From contig NC_058369.1 of NCBI RefSeq assembly GCF_018350175.1, forward strand, positions 2,544,001 to 2,608,000: a stretch of DNA of 64,000 nucleotides, read 5' to 3'. The translations under genes and the position numbers were made by a program. Below, in pieces: positions 35,386 to 47,614 of this stretch; within the stretch, counting starts at the first letter, position 1, and each line of letters begins with the position of its first letter. Source of the DNA: Felis catus (taxonomy: Eukaryota). The notes under the pieces were generated by a model that made no database searches, had not been told where the DNA came from, and was given only the letters and a program-made list of their open reading frames with translations.

Positions 35386-37330
35386 CTGAGCACCCGAGTC
35401 AGGCCCGCCCTTCCCTGCCCACAGCCCTCCAGGGCTCCCACCTCTCTGGGAGTTAAAAAAAAAAACAAAACCCAAGTCCTCGCCCACGGCCGCCAGCGCC
35501 CTGCACGACCTGCTCCTGTCCCCTCCCTGGCCTCGCCCCCTCCCTCGCTCACTCTGCGCCAGCTACACACGCCTTCTTGCTGTTCCTCCCAGGTGCCAGG
35601 CCCATTCCTGCCCCCGGACCTTTGCATGGACTATTCGCTCTGCCCCCCCCCCCCCCCCCCCGCCAGACATCCACATGCCTCCTCCCTCACGTCCTTCAGG
35701 TCTCAGCTCCTTCAAGTTGTACCCCCAAGCCTGACCCCGCCCCCCACCTCCCCTCCCTCTCTCCCCCAGCATAGTGTTTCTCAGCGACCCCGCCACCCAG
35801 CACACGGTTCATTCCACTTCTGGATCTCACTTACCATCTGTCTCCCCCACTGGATCACCAGCTCCATGAGGGCACAAAGTTTGACTCTGTGTTCCCTGCT
35901 GTATGCTCGGTGCCCGGAACAGCCCTTGGCACACAGCAAGTGCTCACCAAATGTTGATGAATGAATTCGTGAAAGATGACTAGAATTATCCTTAGGCTGC
36001 CCCTCCCCCAACCCCCAGCTCGCCTCTGTTCCCCTTCCCGTCCTCCCCCACTCACCGCCCCCCCCCAGCCTTAGGGGAGGGAACCCCAGGGGTTCATTGG
36101 GCTACAAGAGGGAGGAGCAGACCTGGCAAGGAGAACCCGGCGGGGCGGGGTGGGTGGGGGGGGCAGTCCATGTGATTTGTTTGAATTAGAGGTGGGGAGT
36201 AAGGGAAGCAGCCCGGGGTTGTGTTTGTGGGAAGGTTCTGTGGCCTGGCGAGGCCTTGCCAAGCAAGCGGCCGGCTGTTGGACCTCGGTTCTGGCCAGTG
36301 CCCGAAGCCATCCATCCCGGTCCCCGGGGAGCAGAGGAGACGGGTCCATGTGGGCGTGTGGAGGCAAGTGTAGGGGTCTCGAAACCCTACCCAGCCCAGA
36401 GGCCCAGCTCGGACCAAGGGGGTTAGGTGGCTGAGGCCCGGGCCAGCCCTCTCCTCCCCCTCCGCTTCGGGCCCAGGCTTCCTGCCCCTGAGCTCCAGAG
36501 TCTCTCTGCCAACGAAACCCCAGCCAGCGCTGAGGTTCTCAATGACGAACAGATGGTCTTAGGTCGAGGAGGGGTGGGGTGTGGAGCTGAGCCCCGGAGG
36601 GGACCAGGGGTCTCTGGAGCGGCCTTGCTGCCCTCCTAGGGGGAAACCGAGGCAGGGAGTCCCTCCATGCCTCTGTGCCCAGGGTGGGGGGCACCGTCCG
36701 CAGAGGGTCCCCTGGTTTGCCCACGTTGCACTTGGCAGAGGACAGCATGGGGGAGGGCGGAGACCCGGGCCCTCTGCCAGGTCAGATTCCTCCCGGCAGC
36801 GGTTGGGGGGGGGGGGGGGGAGGGAGAGGTTTTTTTTTTTTTTTTTTCCAACAGAATCAAAAGGAGGAGAGAGCTGTTGGCAGGAAGGAGGGATTGGAAG
36901 GAAGCCTAGGCTGGGCTCACCCTGAAAATCACACTCCCGGCCTCACGCCTGGCGGCTGGGAGTGGGGGTGGCGGGAAGGGAGTTGGGAGCCTCTCATCAT
37001 GCACCGCAAACCTGCATCTTCCAGAAAAGGGGGCAGCCTGCTCAAAGGACAGCAGACACGGCCTTCGGGCCCCCCCCCCCACCTCCCCCCCCCCGCGGCT
37101 ACGGCCCCTCCCCCACTGGTTACTCAACATGCTGCCTCCACACCTTTGCTTGGGCTGTTCCCTCCCCCTGGGACGCCCTTTCCCTCCATGGCAGAATCTG
37201 TCTCCCCAGGCCACCTTGGATCTGGTCTTCCTGGACCTCCAGGAAGGGGTGCCAGGTGCACACCTGAGGCCAAAACACACAAATCAGGAGTAACACTGAC
37301 CTTGTCTTTATGGAAACACAAGGATTCTCA

Positions 37331-40300
37331 GGGCGCCTGGGTGGCTCAGTCGGTTAAGTGTCGACTTCGCCTTCGGCTCAGGTCATGATCTCGTGGTTCG
37401 TGGGCTCGAGCCCCGCGTCGGGCTCTGTGCTGACAGCTCAGAGCCTGGACCCTGCCTCGGCTTCTGTGTCTCCCTCTCTCTCTGCCCCTCCCCTGCTCGC
37501 TCGTGCGCACTCTCTCTCTCTCTCTCTCAAAAGATAAACATTAAGACGAATTAAAGAAACAAACACGTTGGTTCTGTTGGTTGTGGATTGTTTGAGTCTC
37601 GACAAGATTGTGTGATGAGATTAGTTATCTTGAGGACTGGGTTTTGGGTGCCCCCCTCCCTGCAATGTTACGGCCCCCCATTAAGTGCCTCACCCTCTTT
37701 TGGTTCTCAGGATCTGGAGCCTCGGGGAGGGCTCGGACAAGGCCAGGAATACAAAGAGGCCGGAAGTCTGGCCCTCGCCCCTGGAGACAGACCCCAGAGA
37801 GGCAACAGCAGTGATAAAGGGGGCCCTGGGCACACCTAGGCTGGTTGTTGGGTCCCTGGGCACAGAGCGTGCGGGGACATCCACGCCTGCCGGGTCCCGG
37901 AGCCTGCCCGAGGGAACGTGACCCCAGCAGACCTGGTCACAGCAGCTTACCCGCCGTGTGACCCTGGGCAAGTCACTTCCTTCTCCCAGCCTGAGTACTG
38001 CCTCTGGCGAGAAGAGCAGGCTAATGAGGGTTCCCCTGCCTGCCCCCAGGCCTGGTTTTGCACCAAATGGGATAATAGCCGGAAACGGCTGCCCACACAA
38101 TGGAAGCCGCTATTAGGGCTTCAGGGCCACCTGCGGGCCTCAATTTCCTCATCTATAAAATGGGCATAATGATACCTGCTACTGTTTAACCTCCAGGGCT
38201 CCCGAGGATTCAAAGGGTGATTCTGAGATGTTGCAGAGGGAACATCTGAAGGCTGAACAAGTTCTGCTAAGGTGGGGACAGTGGTTTCTGTTGCAAAGTC
38301 TGGACACCCTGACCCCCTGCAACACTGGGGGAGAAAAGCATGGCAAAAAAAAAAAAATCAGGGGCGCCTGGGTGGCGCAGTCGGTTAAGCGTCCGACTTC
38401 AGCCAGGTCACGATCTCGCGGTCCGTGAGTTCGAGCCCCGCGTCGGGCTCTGGGCTGATGGCTCGGAGCCTGGAGCCTGTTTCCGATTCTGTGTCTCCCT
38501 CTCTCTCTGCCCCTCCCCCGTTCATGCTCTGTCTCTCTCTGTCCCAAAAATAAATTAAAAACGTTGAAAAAAATTTTTAAAAAAATCATCTAATACCATT
38601 GTTGCGATTGTGATCTCTTTCTTCATGGTCTGTCCCCCCTCTGCCCCCACCCTTGTTTTTTCCTGGCCTATTTCACAGCCAAGAGCCACAAGGTAAGACT
38701 GTCCGGGGGTTAGGCTGATGGCCCCTGTGAGCCATCAGTTTAAAGACTGTCCAGCTTTAAACCCCAGACTTACCCCCTATTGGCTGTGTGACCTTGGGCA
38801 ACTCTCTCAACCTCTCTGTGTCTCAGTTTCCCCATCTATACAATCAGAATGATGACAGGGGAGCCTGGGTGGCTCAGTTAGTTGGGCGTCCCACGCGGTG
38901 TCACGGTCGGTTGTGGGACTGAGCCCTGTGGTGGGCTCCATGATGGGCGTGGGGCCTGCTAGGGATTCTCTCTCTCCTCTTCCTCTGCCCCTGCCCCACT
39001 CAAGTGCTCTCTCTTTCTCAAAAAGAAATAGAATGATGACAGTGTCTTTCACATGGAACAGTAGCGATGAGTTAACATGGGGATCAGCAAACTACATTCC
39101 AGGGGCCAGATTTGTGCGTGTGCAGCAGGCTCCCCACTCGGGGCTCGATCTCATGGCCGAGAGATCACTCACGACCTGAGCCGAAACCAAAAGTCGGAGG
39201 CTTAACCCACTGAGCCACCGAGGCACCACTGGTCTTACGTTTTCTAACGGTTGGAAGAAATCCAAAGAATAAGATTTCGGGACAGGTGAAAGTTATGTGA
39301 CATTTACACGTCGGTGTTCATAAATAAAGTTTTATTGGTACACAGCCCGTCTGTTCACATGCTGTCCCTGGTGGCTTTTGGCTTTCAAGCGACAAGGGCA
39401 GAGCTGAGTAGGTGCATCAGGGACCATCTGGTTGGCAACGCTGAAAATATTTACTCTCTGCCTCTTTACAGAAGTTTTTGACCCCTGAGTAACTTTGAAT
39501 AGTGCGGGACACAAAGGGAGCTTGGTGCACTTGTACTCGAGATCATGACCTGAGCCGAAGTCGGACGCCCAACCGACTGGGCCCCCCAGGTGCCCCTGTC
39601 TTCACATAACAGACCCTTCTCCATGATTTGCTGCCCGCTGGGTCCTGTTCTAGGCACTTGGCAAGCGTGAACCTGCTCGATCCTTGCTACAGCTACTCCG
39701 ATCCCGCTTTACAGACGGGTAAACTGAGGCTCGGAGGGTTGAGGCGACTGGCCCAGTGTCACGCTGCCAGAATATGAACCCAGGCTGGGTGGCTCCTGTC
39801 TGTGGCTTGCCTGCTTCCGTATTCCTGGGAGGTAGAGACCCAGAAGGCAAATCCTTGTGTCAAAGGGAGACAGGATGGGAAGATTCTGGCTGCTCCCCGG
39901 CAAGTTGCTGCCCGTGGGTGCACATGGAGATCACTCAGGGCCAGCGTGGGGTTTGATGCTGCAAACCTAACTTCGGCCTCCCGAGGGCAGGCCCGGGAGT
40001 CTGACTTTTGCTGGGAGAATTGGCCATCCCCGCCAGATAGGGGAGCAAGGATCCCTGCTCACAACCCAGACGCAGCGGCTGTGCCCCGGGCCCCCGAGCT
40101 GTTTGTCTCTCCTGGGCCTGGGGGGCGTGGCCAGCAGGGTTCTGCTTATCTAGCTCCCCTGCCCTTGACCCCTCATGTGCCCACTGCCTCCCCCCCCCAC
40201 CTGCCCTGTCTGAAAGGATGCCTCCACACTTCCCACTTGTTCAGGCTCGACCCCCCCCAATGGGAGGCAACTAGAACCCACCCCCCCACCAGATCCCTGC

Positions 40301-42111
40301 CGGTGGGCGTGTCAAACGGTGCCACCACTTTGGAAAACAGTTCGGCACGTTCTTGAGAGGACACACGCCCGCCCCCATGGGATGCAGCCTTTCTTCTCCT
40401 CCTGGGTCTTCACCCAGGGGCAGGGAGAGCCAGATAAACCAGGGTGACCTATCCAGACGGCGGGACCCTAGCCAGCGATAAAAAGGCACAGGTGACCGAA
40501 TGGCCGAACCCCAAAATAACTATGCTGAGCGGGGCGCCCGGACGGCTCAGTTGGTTGAGCGTCCCTTTGGCTCAGGTCATGATCTCAGGGGGCGAGGGTT
40601 CGAGCCCCACATCGGGCTCTCTGCAGTAGGGCGGAGCCTGCTTCCGATGCTCCGTCCCTCTCTCTCTCTGCCCCTCCCCTGCTCGTTCTCTCTCTCTCTC
40701 TCTCTCAAAATAAGTAAATAAGAGGGGACTTTACAAGGCCTTTGATCCCTCTGAAACTTTCATTCATGCAACAAATATTTCTTGACCACCTACTATGTAG
40801 CGGGAGCTGTTCTCTGTGCCCGGGACGGAGCAGTGAATCCCCACACCCCCTGCGTGGGGCCACATCTCCCTGTGGCACATGGCTCTGGGCTGGTGCTCCC
40901 GCCGTTCGCTTGGGCTCCAGATGCTAGGATGAGTTCAATCCCAGTCCGCCCCACGACTTACCGTCATCATTGCTCCATTTATCAGTAAATTTTACAGTCG
41001 GCTCATGGAATAAACGCCCGCCAAGTGAACACCACCTGGATAAACAGAATTTTAGCAATAACCCCATCCTGCTCTCTGACTCCTCTCCCTGAAGTAACCC
41101 CACCCCGCAATCTGGAATTGATCCCTTCCCCCGCTTAAAGATCACTGTGTCTCAAATGGTTGTGACCCCCAAAATATCATTTCCATTTCAAGTATCATAA
41201 CTTCATAAAGAGGCTGTCATGCTGGGGCACCCGGGGGGGCTCGGTCGGTTGAGCGTCCGCCTCTCGGTTTCGGCTCAGATTATGATCTCACGGTTCATGG
41301 GATCAAGCCCTGTGTCGGGCTCTACACTAGTCGTGTGGGGCCTGCTTGGGATTCTCTCTCTTCCTCTCTCTCTCTCTGCCCTTCCCCCACTCATGGGCGC
41401 TCCTTCTCTCTCTCTCTCTCTCAAAATAAATAAATAAACATTTTTAAAAAGATAAACATTTAAAAAGAGAGAGACTATCACGCTACGTGTAACACTGGGG
41501 GACTTCTTGCCACACCCAATGTCACATTGGGGTGGGAACACGGCTGGGCTGCTGATTAATGCGCCTGTAGGTGAATTTCCCACAGTGCACCTCTCCCTTC
41601 TCCCAGCGATGGGCACTTGGCTTGCTTCTGGGTTTTTGCCTTCTATCGCAGGGCAGTGAGGACTGCTCCCGGAGGCAGCGAGCAAGGGCTTCTTGTGGAT
41701 ACGCACCTGGGAGAGGAAAGGCCACGTTATGTGGCACATGAATATTCAGTGTTGTGATGCATGTCCGTCCGTTTTCCAAAGTGGTTGCAGAGTGGAAGAG
41801 GTCCGTGTACTCACAGGCTCTTGGGCGTTTGGTATTGTTGGGCACTTTAAAGGTTGTTTGTTTTGGGGCGCCTGGGTGGCGCAGTCGGTTAAGCGTCCGA
41901 CTTCAGCCAGGTCACGATCTCGCGGTCCGGGAGTTCGAGCCCCGCGTCAGGCTCTGGGCTGATGGCTCAGAGCCTGGAGCCTGTTTCCGATTCTGTGTCT
42001 CCCTCTCTCTCTGCCCCTCCCCCGTTCATGCTCTGTCTCTCTCTGTCCCAAAAATAAGTAAACATTGAAACAAAAATTAATTAAAAAAAAATAAATAAAT
42101 TTTTAAAAAAA
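37331..42111. mobile_element. Cluster of eight CanSINEs or fragments (37331+, 38361+, 38858+, ~39120-, ~39535-, 40531+, 41224+, 41865+)
   Basis: Each has a recognisable head, (CT)n body or tail. The 38361 and 41865 copies are near-identical young SINEC_Fc. The 38858 copy has TSD AGAATGATGACAG and splits a MIR. Confidence 0.9.
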
Positions 42112-44362
42112 GTTGATGAGAGATGATTAGGAAATAAAAAATCTAAAACAGCTCCAGCGTGCATATAATGAAAAAAGGGCTGAGAAACGCCGTATGGCCA
42201 TTTTCACAAGCATACCGCAATGGCATCTTCAGGGGCACGGATACGTCGTAGAAGCTCGAGATAGACTCCCAGAAGTTAGACCATAAGGTCGAACCTTGTC
42301 TTAGGCCTCCGCCGCGCACGCCAAACGGCTCTCCCAATTCATACCCACGTTCACCTCCAAGCAGTTTATGAAAATGCTTGTTTCACCACATCCTCACCAG
42401 CACTAGCTTTTATCAGTTTAAACATCTTTACCTACTTTCTTTGATGAGTGCCAAAGCATATGGTGTTTTCTTCCTGTTTGCTATCCTCTCTTTGGTCTGC
42501 GTAAGGCTGGGCACTTTTCATGCGTTGACGAATCCCTTCCGTCTCCCAGGAACGAAACAGAGTGAGAGAACTTCAGGCCAAACATCTGGAGGAAGGGGGG
42601 GGCTTTGCTCCACAGTGGCAGAAACTCAGCTCAGCTGTGTCCTACGGTTATACAGGAAGCAGGAGGTGATGGTCTGAGACATTCTCAGCCTATTCAGATC
42701 ACAGAAGAAGCTGAAATGATGCGATTCAGTCAGGAAAGCATCCTCTGGGCTAGCTGGGTGACCTCAGGGACCTATCTAAACCTCTCTGAGCCTCAGTTTC
42801 CTTATAAAACGGAGATGGAGTTATAGGGCTGCTACGAAGGTAACTGAGCAGGCTCACATGCAGCACTGTTCCCACAGCCCAGGGGTGGCCTCCTGGGGGA
42901 AATGATGGGTGGGGGCTCCGTCGGTGCCGCCCCCGGTTGTCCCCTGGGCCCCAACCCCTGGGATCTGGCTGCTATCAACCCATTCCCCCCCTTCCTCTCA
43001 GGTACCTAAGAGGGAGGGACAGAGGACTCAAGCTGGGGATTAACAGAGGCAGATTAGAGATGAGGAAGGAGGGTGGAGAGGGGGAGAGAGACGCAAGGTG
43101 GGTGGGGGAAGGGGTCGCTATCCCCTTAACCCTTCCCTTGCCAGAACTAGAATAGGCACCCCCTTTCCTCCGGCCTCAGGTTTGTGAGAGGCAAGGCCAC
43201 CTGCACAGCGTTCCCCTCCCCCCAGCGGAGCGCCCTGGAGAAGGCGCCAGGATTAGGGTCCTCGGGCTCCCGACATGCTGGTTGACCAGGGGGAAATGAG
43301 GTGCCCTCTCTGGGCCTCAGTTTTCCCTTCTGAAAACCTACGAGAGTGTGCAGATGGGATGAGACCTCAGGCCTCAGAGTGGGTGCTCCCGGCCGGGTGG
43401 AGATCCGCTACGTGTGGGCCGAGGCTTCCTGAGCACCTACTATGTAGGCAGGGTAGTGTCACATCTCGTTTGCTCGAGATTTCCCAGCCTCTGGGATGCC
43501 CAGCGGCGCGCACAGAACCGCAGAGTCAACTTCCAGAAGCCCCCAGAGTCAGCCATGGCTCCAGAAGGGCGGCCCAGGGCCCGATTCTGGTCGTGAGATG
43601 CCGCCTGCCCCCACCCTCAACCCTGGCGTCCTCCCTGGGGGAGCTGGGAACCACTTCCCCAAAGGGGTCCCTGAACCCCGGAGCCCCCAGTGCGGGGGAA
43701 CTGGGGTCGCAGGCACGGGGAAACCCGGACCGAAGGATGATAACAGAATCTTCTCCACCCACCGGGCTCGGGCAAGACCCCTCCCGTCTTCCCCCAGCTG
43801 CGCCAGACGCAGAGCCGGGGAAGGGGGGGAAGGGGGCGGCGCCTGCTCTGCGGCGGCCGGAGGAGGGGGACTGCGGGAGAGCGCTGAGGGGTGGGGGGGC
43901 GCTGCGGCACCGCGTCCCAGCTCTCCGCTGCCCGCTCGGCAGGGGCGGGGGGCTGACCCTCCTCGGCCCCGCCCCTCCCCCTCCCCCCCCCCCCCCCCGC
44001 TGCAGAGGCACCACCATTAATCCTGACCCGGGGAGGGGGCGCCCGCTCACCCCCACCTGTGCAGCGGCCGCGCGCGCTCCCCGCCCCCCCCCGCCCCGCT
44101 GGAGCCCCTGCGGGTCCCGCAGGGGACCCCCGCCCCCCAGGTCTGTCGTCCTCGGTGTCCGAGTCTCTGTCTGCGTCCCCATCTGTCCCGTCTCCCCCCG
44201 CTCTGCGTGCCTGTTGTGACTGCGTGTATCCGGGACACCTGCACTCGCTGGTCTGGGTGGCTGGCGCAATCGCCGGGGGGGGGGGGGGGGAAGGGGTCCT
44301 GGGGGTGGGGGTGCAGGTCAGTCCGAGGCCCGGAGTGTCTTCCTAGGGTTGTCAACCTGGGC

Positions 44363-44600
44363 GAGCGTCCAGGTGACACCCTACAGGCTGTCTGTGTACG
44401 GGACAGCGTGGCGGCTGTGGCTGTCTGGGTGCCACCCGCAGGCTGTGAATATGTGAGTCCCCGAGCGTCTGGCTGGGTGACACCCGCAGGCTGTGTGAGT
44501 CTGTGTTCGTGGCAGCCCGCAGGGGCTGTGCGTCCGAGACACCGCATCGGCTGCCAGCGCGGGTCCCCGTGTGTCTGGATGGCACCGCAGGCTGTGTGTG
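44363..44600 (+). repeat. Degenerate dispersed repeat GGGTG(A/C)CACCCGCAGGCTGTG, 5-6 units
   Basis: Units near 44371, 44427, 44475, 44510, 44536 and 44577. Confidence 0.65.
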
Positions 44601-45124
44601 TCGTGACGAGTGTGTGGGTCTGCGCGCGTCGGTGTGCGTGGCGTGTCCGCGTCGGAGTCGAGGAGGCCCGGGCCGCGAGTGTCCCCGAGCCCTCTACGCG
44701 CGCGCGTGTATGTGTGTGTGTGTGTGTGTGCGCGCGAGCGCGCGCGCGCCGCGGCGAAGGTGGGTCCGCGTCCTCCGCAGCCCGCCCGACCCGGGCCCCG
44801 CGACCCGCCGCGGCGGCCGCTTGCTCGGCCTCCCCTCGCGCGGGGCCGGGCCGGGGATGGAGCCGCAGCCGGAGCCGCCGCAGCCGGGGCCCGGGCGCGG
44901 AGCGGCCTGAGGCGCGGGCGGCGCGCGGGGCCGGGGGGAGGGCGGGCCGAGGGGAGGGTCCTGCGGGCCGGGGGGGCGGGCGCGGCGCGCCCCCCTCCCT
45001 CGCGCGCTCGCTCCCTCCCCCGCGCGCCCTCCCTCGCCGCCTCCTCCCGCCGCCTCCGGCCCCCCCTCGCCGGGGACCGAGCGCGCTCGCTCCGGCGCCG
45101 GCCTCGCCTCCTCGCAGCAGCGCC

Positions 45125-45127
45125 ATG
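45125..45127 (+). CDS. NFIC: NFIC alternative first exon contributing only the start ATG (MDEFHPF isoform)
   Basis: cctcgcagcagcGCCATG|GTACGT. Strong Kozak after splicing (GCCATGG), donor at 45128, inside a large CpG island. Confidence 0.88.
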
Positions 45128-45456
45128 GTACGTCGCCGCCCCCACTTTCGTTTTCGCCCGGGGAGTTTTTGGGGTGGTGCGTGGGCTCCCGGCGAAAGTT
45201 GCAAGGTCTGGGGGGGCGGGGGGCGGGGGCCGCCCGGGGGAGGGGCTCGAGGCGGGGACCCCCCCCCACCGCCCGCCGCCGCGGGACCCCCGCCCGCCGA
45301 TCCGCCCCCCCCCCTCGCGGCTGGGGGCGGAGCTGGCGCGCGGGGCGCAGCGGGGGACCCCAAGTGGGGGGCCCCGGGCTGGCGCAGCGGAGTTGGCGAT
45401 GAGGGCGGGGCTCCCGGGAGAGGGTCCCCCCCCACCACCCCACACGCGCACACACA

Positions 45457-45495
<39 letters not shown>

Positions 45496-47582
45496 CAGAC
45501 CCGGCTCCCGCCTTCTCCCTGGCCCGGCCGCAGGCGGGAGGGTGCGGCCCGGAGCGCACGACCCCCGAGCGCGCAGCCCGCGGGGGAGAGCGGGCCGAGG
45601 AGGGGGCGCCCGCCCCGGCCGTGCGGGGCGGGGGTCGCGGCGGCCCCCGCGGGGCGCCCCGGGCCGGGCGAGCGCCGCGCGCCAGCTAGCGGAAAATGGC
45701 CGCTGCGGAGAGGGGCGGAGAGCGCGCAGCGGCCGCCGCCGGGCGCCTTGAACTTGGAGCCCGGCGGGCGGCCGCGCCGGGCGCCGCGCGGGGGCCGCCC
45801 CCCGGCCTGCTCCTGCGGTGCCCGAGCCCCGCCCCCGGGCCGACCCCGGCCCCTCCACGGCGCGCGCCGGGTCCCAGCCGGGAGGGGTCACCGGGTCTCG
45901 GCCCGGCGCGCCCCAGGCCCGCCAGCGTCGGTGGCTGCGCTCGAGGGTTCCGGTGTCCAGTCCGAGGGCGTCGGGGGCAATCCGGCGCTCGAGGGGTGCG
46001 TGCGGGGGCTTCTGTGCTCCGGGACGGGTCAGCACGGAAGCCGGGAGTGCGTCCGCGTGTCTGTATGGCTGGGTAGTCCCGCCTCTGTGCAGGGGTCCGT
46101 GGGTCTCGAGGCGTCGAGTCCTCTCCTTTATGTGTCTGTGTGTGTCTGCGCATCCACGTGGCTGTGCGTGTTGTGTTGCGTCCGTGTTGGAGCATTGTGC
46201 GGCTGAGGGGTAGTGTGTGCGTGTCTGGGTAACCGTGCGTCCCTGTGGGAAGGTGTCGTGAAGCCGTACGGCGGAGTGTGTGTCCCCGAGGGCCGCGATG
46301 TCCCTGGGTGACCCGTGGGGTGTCCCCAAGTGAATGTGTGGCGGTTAGGGGGTTGCCGGTGAGTGGGGAACTTCTGTCATGTGGCTGCGTCCCCGGGGAC
46401 ACTTGGGTGTCTCTGTGAGCGTGTGATTAGCGTTGAGTGACTATTCCTGGGGATGGGTCTACACTCTCCCTCGCCCCCCCCCCCCCACTTCCTTTTTTCC
46501 TGTAACCGGGATTGCTGAGTGAGGGACGGGTGTTTCCTCTACAGGCCAAAGCCCTGTCCCCCCATCTCACCCCACACACACGGTCCCCTCCACTTCCCCC
46601 TGACTCAGGGTACGCCACACGCTGTCCCCAGGTGGTCCTGGCTTGCGATTCGGCGCGAGGTGGCGCCGGGACACGATCACACGGTGGCGGCGGCGCCTTC
46701 TCCCGCCAGGGGCTGCGCGTGCGCGGGGACCTGCCCCGGAGGGAGGCGGGGCGGCGGGGGTCCCCCGACTCCGCGGGCGGAGGAGGTCCCGAGGGATGGC
46801 CGGTTACAGAAGCGAAGCGCGCTGGGCCAGGTCGGGCTCAGGAGAGTTGGCCAAGGACACCCCCTGATCCCCCTATGCTGGGAGCCACCCCCCCCACTCC
46901 GGCCCTGCCTCCGTGCACTTGCCCCCTACTAGGCCAGACCTGACGGGCACAAAGTGTTGTTTTCTCCCCTACAGGGGAATCCCCGCCGCACCCCCACCCC
47001 CACACCAGGGAACTTTATATAATTTTCTAAATATAAAAGCACCAAGGCCAGACCGGAGTCTCTGCCTTGTTTCTTTGAACCTGCATCCCATTTGGGGGGG
47101 GCGGGGCTGTTTGGGAAGGGGTGAAAGGGCTCCCCCATCAGGGTCACATAGTCTGGTCACCTTCCCACCCGCTGCCAGTCAAGCCGGGTCCTCCCCCTCC
47201 CCTGCGCTCTCGCTGCCGGCCCCCAGACACGACACTCCCGGGGACACCTGGTCTGCCCTGCCCGACACCAGCCTGTCCCACGGGTCGCCTGGTGCAGTGG
47301 GACACATCTGTGCAGGACCATTCGCACGCCCACGCCCCCCACAGCCTGTCACGGTACACAGTTGGCGGCCGCGGGTGTACATGACCCCCAGGCACCCAGA
47401 AAAGCACGCGCAGACCCACACTGACCCTCGCGGGCACAGGCACCTGTGCTTGGGAGGGTCGAGGGACAAACCGCCCCGCCTCCCCCCACCTCCAGGCGGA
47501 GCACCGGGCTGGCCCTGGGGAGGGGTTGATGGGGCAACCATGGGGGAGGAGCTCAGGTGTTGGTGTGCCTCGGGCCACTGCA

Positions 47583-47585
<3 letters not shown>

Positions 47586-47614
<29 letters not shown>
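47586..47614 (+). repeat. (GT)n microsatellite
   Basis: Directly visible. Confidence 0.9.

Larger units (their letters stand above)
43750..46300. promoter_or_regulatory. CpG island, NFIC promoter of the ATG-only exon
   Basis: Very dense CpG with many GGGCGG boxes around 45125. Boundaries approximate. Confidence 0.85.

Noticed and set aside
2269..42111. tRNA genes suggested by A/B boxes, and recurring MAQSVERPT-type ORFs
   Set aside because: These are tRNA-derived CanSINE heads followed by (CT)n and A-tails.
42112..42350. Apparently foreign, CpG-containing stretch after a SINE that lacks a clear TSD
   Set aside because: Aligns by eye to decayed antisense L1M (gatagactcccagaagt, gccaaacggctctcc, cagtttatgaaaatgcttgtttcaccacatcctcaccagcact).
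44047..46329. 760-aa minus-strand and 514-aa plus-strand ORFs, plus similar long ORFs at 50272-51778 and 29727-30992
   Set aside because: Low-complexity P/G/A/R translations through CpG islands and microsatellites; stop codons are rare at this GC content and no domain is recognisable.
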